Source: the human T2T-CHM13v2.0 reference genome, Homo sapiens. Taken from it: 64,000 bases of DNA. This document shows positions 32,957 to 55,604 of this stretch, piece by piece. Where the stretch lies: assembly GCF_009914755.1 (NCBI RefSeq), contig NC_060941.1, one strand, 5' to 3'. The notes under the pieces were generated by a model, which saw only the letters and a list, made by a program, of their open reading frames with translations, ran no database searches and was not told the origin of the DNA. The position numbers and the translations under genes were made by a program. The first letter of the stretch is position 1, and each line of letters begins with the position of its first letter.

Positions 32957-33249
32957 CTGGAGGGAAAGGGGAGGAGAGACCGCAGCATCACTGCCGTGTC
33001 CCCAGCTTCCCGAAATCCTGCCACTTATGCCTCAGCCTCGGGTCCCCTCTCCCTCTCCCTCAGCTCATGGGAAGCAGTGGCCAGAGCTCCCCAGGCTGGC
33101 CTCTGACACACCCAGGAGCTGATCCCTCCTGTGTGTAGCTCCAGATTCCCCTGCAGAACCTTTGGGAGGTAAGTCCCTTCACACCCTGGCCTTACCCTCC
33201 TGAGCACCCTCTGCTCTCCCGAAGCCCAGGCCCAGGCCAGCAGGGATAC

Positions 33250-33491
33250 CTGGCATCCGGGTTGCGCTGAAGGCACTGCTCCACAAAGTGGTGGAAGTGG
33301 GGGGAGAAGGTTCGGTGGTAGGGGTGGGAGGGCGAGTCACCGTTGGAGGGCCGGGGGGTGCTGGTGGTCAGGCTGTCACTCAGGCCAGAGTTGGCCACTG
33401 AGCGCGAAGGGCTCATGGTCAGCTCCTCAGCGGGGATGGTGCTGGTATCCAACAGGCAGGGCACTGTGCCGTTCAGTTTCTCTAGCAGCAT
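33250..33491 (-). CDS. STRADA: STRADA exon 11: [15 protein letters not shown]...[12 protein letters not shown]
   Basis: ccccag acceptor and gtatcc donor; 242 nt. Confidence 0.97.
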
Positions 33492-34107
33492 CTGGGGAGG
33501 ACAGAACCAGGACCTGGGCTGTAGCGGGTGGTGGGGGGGGTGGTCCCTGGAAGGCCTGAGAGTCTCTTCACAAATACACTGTTCCCAATATGCAAATGTG
33601 ATCATTTGAAGAGTGGAAAAGGTGGAAGTGGAGTAAGTCCAATTTTCCCAAAGAAACGCTGGTCACTGGCGTGGCAGCTCCGCCCTAGCCAGGCCAACGT
33701 GAAAGGAGAGGGGTTGCACAAAAGTACCCGCTTTCGCCATGGCTGGAAAGCAGGGCTCACAGTTTCCGCTCTCCCTTTCCAAGGCATCAAATTCCTTTTA
33801 CCGTAGAGTCTTCACCCTAGAGGGAAGGAGCAGTCAGATGAACCTGCTTTGAAGCCCAGCCGTCTGCCATGCCCAGGTGGATCCGATGAGGTCTGAGAGG
33901 CAGTCCCTGCAGTGCCACAGCCTGGGCTGTCGCTGCAGCAGGCCACACGGGAGCAAGATGCCCAAGGGGAGGCCAGGCTGGGTGGCTGTTCCAAAGTACC
34001 CCAACTCAACACATATAAAACCAGCCCCACCTGGGACTGCTGTCCTCGTGGAAGTCCTCATGACCGCATAAGCTGTCCAAGCCAGAAACCTGGAAATTGC
34101 TCTAGAG

Positions 34108-34296
34108 CTGCACTAACGTGATAGCCACTAGCCACTTGTGGCTATTTCGATTTAAATGAGGTTTAAAATTCAGTCCCACAGTCTCACTGGTCACCTTCTA
34201 AATGCTCGACAGCCACACAGTCTCATGGCTCCCACGCTAGACAGTGCAGCCACAGAAGCCCTCCTTCGCTGCAGCAAATTCTAGTGGATGGTGCTG
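34108..34296 (-). mobile_element. MER3-like hAT-Charlie MITE
   Basis: tagccactagccac.tgtggctattt...aaaattcagt...gacagtgcag, the internal inverted-repeat pattern typical of MER3. Confidence 0.75.
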
Positions 34297-35019
34297 CTTC
34301 TAGGCCTGGACTTCTTGTTCCTCCTCAGTCACCTTTTCTTTCCTGAGCATCCTCTGTCACTGAATTATTTTACTGAGATCTCCTAGATTCCTCACATAGA
34401 CTTCCATACCCACCTAACTGAGCTACTGGATCTAATCCATCTGCCGGGGTGGTCTTTGTAAATGAGCCATCTTATGCTGTCACTCCTGTGCTTAGAATCC
34501 TCAGCACTGCTCCACAGGCTTTAGGACAGGAACCAGTGCTCTAAAGTGGCATCAAAGCCCTTCACAATGTACCCTTGCTTCCTTCTGTGCCTGTCACCTG
34601 GCAGTCCCCAAGAAGCACTGCACCTTGGCCATTTATACCATTTACACCTCCTTGCTGTTCTCCAGATCTGTTTTTTCTAGACTCTGGGTCTCTGCACATG
34701 CTGCTGTCTGCCGAGAAGAGTGTCCTAGTTCCTCCTCCACACAGGTGACTGCTGTCTGCCTTCCAACTCAAGGCTGCCTCCTCCCAGGACTTCCCTGGGC
34801 CCCTGCTCTGGGGGGCTGCACTCTGGCCACCCTCCAGCTGCCCCTACCACCGGGCAAGCAGCCTGTGGGTTCCGGAAGTGGCTTAATTAGAGCCTGCATC
34901 CTGCCCCTCCCAGTTCCAGACCACACTCCAAGTAGCTGGGACCCAGGTAATCCTTGCCCAAATGACCCCAAATCCATTTTCTGGATTTAATGAGGCTTGC
35001 ATAAGCCTCTTCCCTGGGT

Positions 35020-35330
35020 CTGTTTTCCCAAGGGTAGACTGTGCCACTGACTGTGCACCCTTGGATCCTAGGGGTGGCCAAAGGACAGGCATCTGGAGGG
35101 TCATGAACAGAAGCTGAACTTACAGAATGGGGGTTCCAAAGGTGTCAGCTGGAATGCGGTTAAGAACTGTGGGAATTCTAAATTAGAAACTGACCTTCCA
35201 GGTATATTTATCCAAGTAGGAGGACAGAACATATTTTATGCATTTATAAAAACTAGTTAGCTTAATGTATATGTTTTAAATAGACATGTAGCGTGTGGGC
35301 CTCCATTTGCACCCCTGCTCCCGGGCTCCC
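35020..35330 (-). mobile_element. Old hAT DNA-transposon remnant (MER96B-like)
   Basis: tgtgggcctccatttgcac and gtaggaggacagaacatatttt resemble a recalled consensus. Confidence 0.4.
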
Positions 35331-35542
35331 CTCCCCAAGCTGGCCTCCCTTACCACCAGGTTTGCCACAGGAAGTAAACAAAGAGTGAGGTCACTATCCC
35401 CCACTGGGTGGGACTTCTTGAAGGAAAAGACAGGGTCTTTCATCTTAGTATTCCTGGTCTGTGTCCTGAGTGTGAGAGCTACTCAACGAACATCTGTGGA
35501 AGGCAAGCAGGCAAGAAGGAAACCGATGGGCGGCAGGCTTAC

Positions 35543-35647
35543 CTGGGTGGCAGGCATATCCTTAAAGGGGACATGGCCGTTGGCCAGTTCACAGGCTGTG
35601 ATTCCCACACTGTAGATGTCAGACTTGGCATCATAACCCTGGAGATT
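35543..35647 (-). CDS. STRADA: STRADA exon 10: [35 protein letters not shown]
   Basis: cttag acceptor and gtaagc donor; 105 nt; kinase subdomain IX. Confidence 0.97.
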
Positions 35648-36154
35648 CTAAGCCAGAAAAAAAAGGCCACAGATTACCCCATTTGGTCTTTGTTCTTAGA
35701 AAAAGGGTAGAACTAAAGAGAGGAAAAGGATGGCTGTCCCCACATCAGGACCTGCTGCTAATGACTCTCCTTGCCTGTGCTACTGAAGACTAACTGGTAT
35801 TTTACCACCTGTAACTGGCGATGCTCTGTAAGGAGCAGGAAGTGCCAGCCCCATGCCCCTGCTTAGCACAGGGATCCAGAGAGCAGCAAACATTTCCAAA
35901 ATGCTCACTCTTCTCATAGGGTGCCAAGGGTCCCTAAAGGGAGCTGAAATTTCATCCAATAGAGGTTAGGACCCCCTGGGAGGAACCACATCCATCTGCA
36001 GTGGACAGGCGCTGCCCACGCTGAGGGCTCCCTCCCTCCAGGAACCCCTTTACCCCACTGGGAGGTTGAGAGCCCCCGACTCCAGGCAATGCCTGAAGGC
36101 TCCCTTGGGAATCATGAGTTGGGTAGGGGAGCTCCTCTGGGCCCACACACAGAC

Positions 36155-37715
<1,561 letters not shown>

Positions 37716-37739
37716 TGTTCAGTGCTCTTGTATGCTCTA

Positions 37740-38730
37740 GAACACCTCTTGCCCTACCTCCTACGAATGCTTTTAATCTGTACTTCTTATCTGTAGGACT
37801 CTTGTAAAGTGTACCTAGGGGTACTGTGTTCCGCATCCCATTCTTCCTTTTTCACTCAGGGCTGTAGTTTCCAGACACATCTGTATTGCTAGCTGTGTAC
37901 CTTTCATCTTTTCTTCTAATTGTCACCTTGGTTCTGGGAAGAGATCTAACACTTTTACTCATCCATCCTTCTGGGGACAGACACTCACACTACCCCTAAC
38001 CAACACACGTGTGAATGGTGACATCCAAACATGTCCCCTGATGGGTCTGCACGAGGGTTTCTTTAGGGTGTACATCCAGAAGTGGCATTGATGGTTCTGG
38101 TTCTGTGACCCTGACTGGCAGCACCGGGCATCTTCCACCACCTGGACAGGAGGCTCCCCGTCCTTGCCACACTGGGACTCGTCCAGCCTCCCAACCGCTG
38201 CCAGTCTCATGTGTATAAGGTGACATCTTGTTTTTCATTTGCTTTTCTCTGATTGCGAGATTTGAGTGGCTCTTCCTATGATGGGTTTGTCTTGGGGTTT
38301 CCTCTTTTGTAAACTTCATATCTTTGGCCCATTTTTCTTGCTTTGCTGTCCATTTCTTGTTGATTTGCAAGATTTCCCTGTTACTAATCTCCTGTGGTGA
38401 CAAAGCTAATATCATCTGCTCTGTCACTTGTTTCTTAACCTTTTTCATGGTATCTTGTATTGGATAGAAATCTTCTTGATCTAATCAAATTCATCAATCT
38501 TTTGTCTTATGTTTTGTGCTTCTAAAATGTTGAGAAATTATTACATGCCTCAGGTCACAAAAACATTTTCTCACATTTCCTTCTATTTAAGTCTACAGTT
38601 TCACATTTTACATAGAAGCCTTTAATCCAGCTGCAGTCCTTCTCTGTATGAGGAGTTATGTAGGGGTCCAGTTTTACCATTTTCCCTACTATGAGCTGAT
38701 TTCCTGACACTATCTACTAAGCTATCTGTC
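37740..38730 (-). mobile_element. Ancient L1 (L1M-type) 3'-region fragment
   Basis: Minus-strand translation resembles degenerate ORF2 C-terminus (EKWAKDMKFTKEE...LAIREKQMK; PLLDVHPKE). Confidence 0.8.
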
Positions 38731-39398
38731 TTCGCCCTGGTCTCTCAGCATAAGACTGACTCTGGGGCACAGAAAGAAGGAGGCAGAGAGTGGAGTACAA
38801 AGGTCCACATCAGATGTTCCTCTCACACAACACTCAAGACCAAGCTGCTCAGCAAAGAGAAAGTCAGTGGCTTCAGCACTAACAGGCTAAGTGACCATCT
38901 CCCAAGTCAGTGGCAAGGTCAGAATCCAGATCCTTCTCTCTTTTTTTTTTTTTTTTTTTCAGACAAGAGTCTCACTCTGCCACCCAGGCTGGAGTGCAGT
39001 GGTGTGATCTCCAGTCACTGCAACCTCCGCCTCCCAGGTTCAAGCGATTCTCCTGCCTCAGCTTGTAGTCCCAGCTACTGGGACTACAAGCATGTGCCAC
39101 CACACCCGGCTAATTTTTGTATTTTTAGTAGAGACAGGGTTTCACTATGTTGGCCAGGCTGGTCTCAAACTCCTGACCTTGTGATCCACCTGCCTTGGCC
39201 TCCCAAGCGCTGTGATTACAGGCGTGAGCCATCGCGCTGGGCCCTGTTTCTTTTCAGAGCAAAGAGATCTTCAGCAAGAATCCAGATCCTTGATTTTAAA
39301 CTCTGGCTTCATTAACTTCAGTCAAACTTCACTTTACCTGAAGGCTCAGGGGCATAGCTACCCACTGTAATCATGGGAAAGGCCGCCTAAGAACGCAC

Positions 39399-39522
39399 CT
39401 GTGTACATATCCCATGTGGTGGATGTAGTCGAGGGCCTTCAGCACCCCCTGCAGGATGTAAGCAATCGCCAGCTCATTCATGCCATCCATGAAGTGTGTA
39501 CAGATGAGATCTTTTGCAGAAC
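39399..39522 (-). CDS. STRADA: STRADA exon 8: [40 protein letters not shown]
   Basis: ctgcag acceptor and gtgcgt donor; 124 nt. Confidence 0.97.
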
Positions 39523-39635
39523 CTGCAGAAAAGGATTGCATGGAGGCAGTGAAAGGTAATGGAGGAGGAAAACACAGGCAATCTGACAACAGAGTCCCAA
39601 TAACCCCTTTCTACCAAGAACCCTTTCCCACTCAC

Positions 39636-39744
39636 CGTATGCCATGAATGATGTGACAACCCACAGCTCATTGTCTGCAATAAAAGTGGCTCGATATGGC
39701 ACGATATTGGGATGGTTGAAGAGTTTGGAGACATGCAGCTCGCC
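39636..39744 (-). CDS. STRADA: STRADA exon 7: [36 protein letters not shown]
   Basis: ttccag acceptor and gtgagt donor; 109 nt. Confidence 0.97.
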
Positions 39745-40226
39745 CTGGAAGCAATGATGAAGCTGAAGTCAGAACCAAATGGCACTGAAGGATGCCGCTC
39801 AACACAAAGATGGCAGCATGGACAATAGGGGGACCTGGCACTTTCTGGGTGTTCTCAGAGTCATGGGAACAGCCTAAGCAGGTGCCTGCCAACATAGGAA
39901 AAACAAGGCCCTGCTGCCTCTGCAGGGACCCAGCACTGCTTTGCCTCTGCCAGATAGGGAAACTGCCAACAACAAAGGGTGCCAGCACACCGACTCAGAG
40001 ATGATGAAGGCAAACTGTTGACTGAAGACTTCTGAAGTTATAAGCTTATCTCAATTTCAAGGGCCAACGTATAGAATTCCTCTTTAAGATAAGAAAACAA
40101 AAAATATTTTGTTGTTGTTATTTGTAGAGACAAGGTCTCACTGTGTTGCCCAGGCTGGTCTCAAACTCCTGGGCTCAAGCAATCCTTCTGCCTCAGCCTC
40201 CCAAAGTGCTAGGATTATAGGCGTGA

Positions 40227-40418
<192 letters not shown>

Positions 40419-41505
40419 TAGCTAATTTTTTATATTTTTTTGTAGAGACAGGGTTTTGCCATGTTGCCTAGGCCTGCTTTGGCCTCCCAAAGTGCTGGGA
40501 TTGCAGGCGTGAGCCACTGTGCCCAGCCCAAAACTATGTTTCTATTATAAAAGAAAACATGGCCGGGCATGGTGGCTCACGCCTGTAATCCCAGCACTTT
40601 GGGAGGCGAGGCAGGCAGATCACTTGAGCCCAAGAGTTGGAGACCAGCCTGGGCAACATGGCGAAACCCCATCTATATGAAACATACAAAAAATTAGTTG
40701 AGCATGGTGGTGCATGCCTTTAGTCCCAGCTACTCGGGAAGCTTAAGTGGTAGAATCACCTGTGCCTGAGCAGTTGAGGCTGTGGTGAGCTGTGATTGCA
40801 CCACCGCACTCCAGCCTGAGCAACAGAGCCAGACCTTGTCTCAAATAAAGAAAAAAAAAAGAAAAAGAAAACACAGTTGATGGAGGAGAAGGCCAGCTGA
40901 GACTGGCTTCTGCTCCATCCTCAGACCCACCAAACTACTATGAACAGATGAACAGGTCCTAGAGCACCATCAGGTAACCACCAATTCAGAAAAAGTTGTA
41001 AATGAAGGAGGGGAGGGGCTGCAACTAACTCTACTGAAGGAAAACTGCCCCAGGCCCTGACTCTAAGCTGGCATCAGGAAAGGAGAGTCTAACTCCCAAG
41101 CACTTACTAGACTCACAGTCTCTCTCCGTTTTGTTTTGTTTTGTTTTTTGAGCCAGGGACTCAGTCTGTCACCCAGGCTGGAGTTTGGTAGTGCAATCTC
41201 AAACTCCCGGGCTCAAGCAATCTCCCTGCCTTGCCCTCCCAAAGTGTTGGGATTACAGGCATGAGCTACCATGCCTGCCCCCTCTCTCAGTTTAACGAGA
41301 GAGTGGCTACTTGCTTCTCGAATAGAAAGGAATGTCAGGACTGGGCATAGTGGCTCACACCTGTAATCCTAGCATTTTGGGAGACTGAGGTGAGTTGATT
41401 GCTCGAGCTCAGGAGTTTGAGACCAGCCTGGGCAAGATGGTGAAACTCTGTCTCTACAAAAAATACAAAAATTAGTCAGGTGTGGTGTGCCTATAGTCCC
41501 AGCTA

Positions 41506-42232
<727 letters not shown>

Positions 42233-42314
42233 TCATTTCTTTGTAATTCCTTGTAATTCCTATCAGAGCCAAGAGCCCACCCTCCCTCCATGTGACACAC
42301 TCATGGTTTATTAC

Positions 42315-42436
42315 CTGCAAGAATGTTACCATCTCATTGGAACAAGCTTCTAGGTTAATCCTCCGTACAGTCACGTACTCTCCTGTTGGTTTGTACCTTG
42401 CTAGATTCACAGTCATCAGGTCCTCAAATCCTTTGC
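42315..42436 (-). CDS. STRADA: STRADA exon 6: [40 protein letters not shown]
   Basis: ttttag acceptor and gtaata donor; 122 nt. Confidence 0.97.
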
Positions 42437-42914
42437 CTAAAAGAAAAAGGGAATGCCATACGCAAGGACAAGAACAACAAAAGGTTTTAAGAAAATTTTC
42501 CTTTAAAAAAGGGACTTGATTTCAAAAGAAACTTAATGTTAAATTTTTCACTACTGTTACTTTTTTTTTTTTCCTTTTCCCAGCAGAATTTAACTGTTAT
42601 GTTCATGGCTCACATTTCTTGATTTTTCTCTCATCAGTTCCTTCTCAGCCAACCTTTCTGACTCACTATGGCCAGGACACCGGAAACATGGCAGCCACAA
42701 AGGAAAGATGGCAAAAGAGCTTCTTTCCTGGAAGTTTGATCTCTTCCCATACTTGGCAGAAAAAAACAGAGAAGACCCACAGAAGCAAGTCTGTGCCCAT
42801 GAATCCTCCTAACTAGTGGATGGCCTCTGCTGTACACACATCTGGGGCTGCTGAGAAAGCTGCAGCAGCCCCTGGAGCAGAAAGCAGGAGAGTAAGGACG
42901 GCCCCTGCACATAC

Positions 42915-43017
42915 CTATCACAGTGAGCAGCTCGTAACACCCTCCCTCTGGCAGAAAGCTACTCATGACCTCCTGTTTAGAGAAGGATGCTATTGACTCT
43001 GAGCTCGCATCATTGGT
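42915..43017 (-). CDS. STRADA: STRADA exon 5: [34 protein letters not shown]
   Basis: Long U-tract + tag acceptor; gtatgt donor; 103 nt. Confidence 0.97.
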
Positions 43018-44379
43018 CTAAAAAAGAAAAAGAAAAATAGGTTAGTAGAGAAAACTGGGGGTGGGATGGGAGTGGGGTGAAGGTGGTAATTCAGACCCAC
43101 GAGGAGACTGGCATCTAAACACACACACAAATCCCGACTCAGTGCCAGCACTATTTGAAGAGAAACAAAACACTACATTCAGGGTAGTAATCAGCACTAA
43201 TATCAGAGCAAGTGTTAGGGTTGTCTACAAATGAGGAGACAAGGACCTGTTCCCATCAAATGTTAATCTGCTTGTCCTTTCCAACAATCAATGCATTTGC
43301 TAAAAGCTATGAAATTCTCACTTGGAGAAGGGATGTCTAGAGAATGAAAGCATGTTTGGAAAAGAGAAGCAGGTGGAGAGGTAGGGGTTCTCATGAATTT
43401 CCTGATGCATTAGGATCCTATTTTTAAGGTCCTCACCACAAGATCCCAAAAGGTCAAACGCTGAATCTTGCTCTAGGGAAAATGTGGCCAGGAGTAGCCC
43501 CCTCTTTAGCAAACCAAGAGCCCGGGCCAGTCATTGCCTGACATTTCCAAGTGAAGTGGGAGAACCCTGATGCCCTGAGCTGCAGGCAAGGCACAGAGCT
43601 GTCAGGTCTCAGGCATCGTCCAGGCAGCTGACATGGCCTGCTCCCTCGTTCCTGCCCACGTGTGCTGTGAGTGAAGCTGGAGTCCAGCCACTTAGGATGT
43701 GTCACAACTCTGGCCTCTAAGGTCCTAGAGGAAGGTGTCCAGCCATGTCTGAGTTTGTGCAAAACACACGGCAGACCAACAGCTCTTCTTTCAGCTTAAT
43801 GGACTGTTTCCTTCTTCCACACCTAAATTTATGTGTATGATTTAGGGACTGTGACTGCTTTTCTTTTAGATTCTCTTTCTTTAGATGTACATCTAACTGA
43901 AATGGAGAAACCTGGGCCAGCTCATGTTTCATGTGCTGCACTCATAAACCTGACCTCCAGGCAGAAAAAGTCCTTTGTGAAAGTATGAGAGGCTCCTGAC
44001 CCAGCACTACCCAGAAGAGCACGAGCTGAGAGTGTTCTGAAAAGGCGGTGCTTGAACAACTCTTTGGGAAGCGGCTCTGCAGAGGAAACCATAAAGATGA
44101 CGGTGCTCTATACCTGTAAGATGACCAGAGTATACTTTCCAGAGCACTTCCAAATTGCACATGATTCCTCCATAGCTCAGTCAAGTAGCCGGGACAGATC
44201 TTATCTCCACTTTTCACTAACAAAAACGAGGGCCAAGGAGATTATGTGACTTGCCAAAAATCAAAACGTGAGTACATGGCACAGGACCCAGGCCCAAACC
44301 AGTGAGATTAATCTACCACCCTGTTGGCTGACGTTTCACGTGTATCTGGTTTGTTTGTTGTTTTGTTGCTGTTGTTTTT

Positions 44380-48765
<4,386 letters not shown>

Positions 48766-48918
48766 TAGGCTATACACTAAGACACATTCTTGCTAAGCCT
48801 AGGTAGGGAATGATTCATTAAACTATCAATGTGCTTAGTTAGTAACTTGACAATATTTATTTCTACTCTCCAGTATTACAGAAAACTACCAAAACTAACC
48901 CAAAAGTATTAGTTTTAG

Positions 48919-50711
<1,793 letters not shown>

Positions 50712-52206
50712 CTAGTCCAGTGATAGCAACTGCTCTGTCCCCAGCTCACTAGGAATGATTCTAAAATGGAGGCCTTCTACTTTGTGGATATTGTATAGGT
50801 CCGAACTCAAAGAGAGACCAAACTTCATTTAGGAAAACAAACAAACAAACAAGGAAACAGGCAATATTTTGAAAGGAAGAAGTCTAGATCATCTGACATT
50901 GCCACAAGAAACGCAGGTTAGTTCATCACACTGTTTCAGTTTTAGAACAGGTCTAAACTCAGATAAAAAGAATGAACTATTTAGCCCATTCTCTTTAAAT
51001 GCAGCATGGCATAGTTTAATTAGTGCAATGTAATAATCTCCAATTGCTCATAGAAAGGAACTAATTCTGTCAAAGTGTTTTCTTAGTTTCCCCCACCATG
51101 AAATGCATTTTATTCATTTTGAAGCATCTGAAAAATAAATAAGCAGCTGATATCCAGAAATGACCATAAAATAACTGTGTTTAAAGAGTTTAAAACAAAA
51201 TACAGTAAAGCACACAAAGACAATATTCACAAAATGCTACCAAATAAACACATTCAACTTCCCACAGGTTTCACACAGGATAACTTTTGATATAACATCA
51301 GCAGCTGTAAAAATATAAAAATCCTATGTAATTGGCATCGTATTCTAGAAAAATAGCTAACTGAGCCTATAGGGAACGTTTTTGGTCTCCAGATTGGAAA
51401 GCATTTGGATCTGATAGAGAGGTGCTCCTGATTAGCAGATGACATAAGCACAGCCAAAGCTTTACTCAGAAATTCCCAGTCAACATCACTGTCCTTCACT
51501 CAACCTTAGGGCTGCTGCAGAAGCTGCAAATGTCTGCAATCTGAACAGAGTCAGAAGTCTAGGTAGGAAAGGTTCTTATCCTCTCTCCTTATAAGACACT
51601 GATTCATATATTCCAAAATAGCTTGGTACACTGTGCACATCTGGTGCTATTTATTTAAGTAAAATAAACTAGAAGAGAAGGAAACAGGGTAAGAATCTTG
51701 CAGCTTTCACCAATGAAAAAAGTAAATGTTCTGTTTTATACTTTTTAATTTTGCTTTTGTTTTTTAAGGTAAGAGATTTGAGGTCCTGTCTTATTATCTA
51801 GGCAGAGATCTGTATTATCTCTGTGGACTAAAATCTATTATTAATAAACTAAGGACGGAAAATTTAATAACATTAGTCACTAAACAATAACCGTATTTCT
51901 GACTGTTGAAACTTACTTTTTTGGGGGAAGGGGTGGCAGTTGATTGGCAGGGCTGGGGAGAGGAGGAGACCTTAATCCCCAGAAGAGACAAAAACTACCT
52001 GAGACTTTTTTCAGTTTTCAAACTACACATCCAAATTTTTCCAGGGTGAAACCTGAATCTCCACAAGTACAAAAATCACACTACAAATAAAGCTCAGTGA
52101 CAGATAAGCAGAAACATAAAATGATAAGCCAACAAAACACACAAACTTCCACAAGAAGTCATCTCCATGCAACAGCCATAGTGCTAGGGCCTAGGAAGCC
52201 ACTTAC

Positions 52207-52235
52207 TTTTCTCCGAGTGTCACCCGGAGGCTGCT
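52207..52235 (-). CDS. STRADA: STRADA exon 4 (29-nt cassette): (E)QPPGDTRRK
   Basis: ccccag acceptor and gtaagt donor; restores frame after exon 3. Confidence 0.92.
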
Positions 52236-53039
52236 CTGGGGTAGAGAAATTGATTGTTGGCATTTTGTGTTTTAGCAGAAGACACACCCACATTCAGAAC
52301 AGCAATTATTGTACTTAGGACTACATTTATTAATAGAAACCACTTAAAAGTCATTACAGCAAAAAGTGCCTGCGGGGCTACATATAAACACACACAGATC
52401 CACAGTAAAAATGCTGCAGAGAGATAGGGCTTTAAACATGGATCTATGGTTCTTCAAAAGGTGGCAAGGCTACTACTCTATGGGTATTCTTTACTGGATA
52501 GAACTCAACTCTTACATTTCTGGTCATACATTTACTTGGCATCAACACACAATGTTATTATGAATAGGCCAGTTCCTTATATTTTGTGAATAAACAATTG
52601 ATTATATAGTTACAGAGATGGTTGGCCATTTCCCAGTGAGTGTGGGAACTAGAAAACATGTTTTTTCAAAAAAGGGCAAAAAGTTTTAAAATAGCAACAC
52701 GTGTATGAAGGACCATTACCCAACCTGATTCTCTAAAGTCAGATATATTTGATTCTAAATGTAAATAAAGCAAAGGCATTTTGGCGCTCTGCTTGTCCTA
52801 GTGAAAATGAACAAAACAAAGGACAACTGAAATAACTTTCTGTTCTTAAGCCAAATTCTGTATGTGCTTTTGACCTTCTCTATTCTGTAAAAGTGATAAA
52901 AATCACCAAACTGAAGATTTTTAACTGTAAAATATTGGGGTGATTATACATTTCTAATTATCTTAAATTATACAATTCTAAATACCTTAAACTACAAAAT
53001 CAGAAAAGTCTAGTTACCAAGGAAAATGCTTTCTTCTTT

Positions 53040-54879
<1,840 letters not shown>

Positions 54880-55546
54880 GTAATCTGTTTCTTAAACTAT
54901 AGGATCCTAAAAGAGTATCTTAGAATTCAGACACAAAGAATGGGGCTCTACTATTATTTTTATTGAAAATAATTTTTGTTGCCCTAAATTAAGATGACAG
55001 TTCCCAAAAAGGCTCACTTTGAAAATGGCCAAAGGGTAATGCCTAGGCCTGTCAAAGTTTACTTCTGAAATCAACAGTCAGGTTTTACAATAGGAAGTTC
55101 ATATTTTTGTTCTGAAAGATTTTTCCTTAGTTCTCTTAAATCTCATAATTTCTACCATGAAAAAATGAGTCAACTAGATTCATCAATAAAACCAGAACTT
55201 TCATATCATTGCTTCCTTTGTCTTGACAATTATTTTTTAAATCAAGGCTACAGACTTTTAAATAGTTTTCTTCCTTTAAAAATATGTATTTCACCTGGAC
55301 AAAAGAAAACATATATGCTTTTAAGTAAATACTGGCTTTCTAACAATCAAGACAGGCCAAGGAAAATTGCCATGTTAGTCTTCAAATCTTTGGGAAACCA
55401 TAAATTCAAAAAGGAACCAAAGAAATCCAACAACTGTAGGTTACACTTGCCCTTAGAATTGCCAATTGCTATAGATTGATTTAGTCAACAAAAAAGTAGT
55501 GATTTTTATATCCTGAAGTGATGGCTAAATGCCATACTGTACTTAC

Positions 55547-55604
55547 CTCCAAATAGTTCCAAATCTCTTAAGCCCTCAACAATGAACTTTTCCGAGACCC
55601 ACCG
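55547..55604 (-). CDS. STRADA: STRADA exon 3 (58-nt cassette): RWVSEKFIVEGLRDLELFG
   Basis: TACTAAT branch-like site at 55635-55629; ctttag acceptor; gtaagt donor. Confidence 0.93.

Noticed and set aside
37996-38448. 150-aa ORF resembling part of a retroelement protein
   Set aside because: Degenerate L1 ORF2 remnant, not a gene
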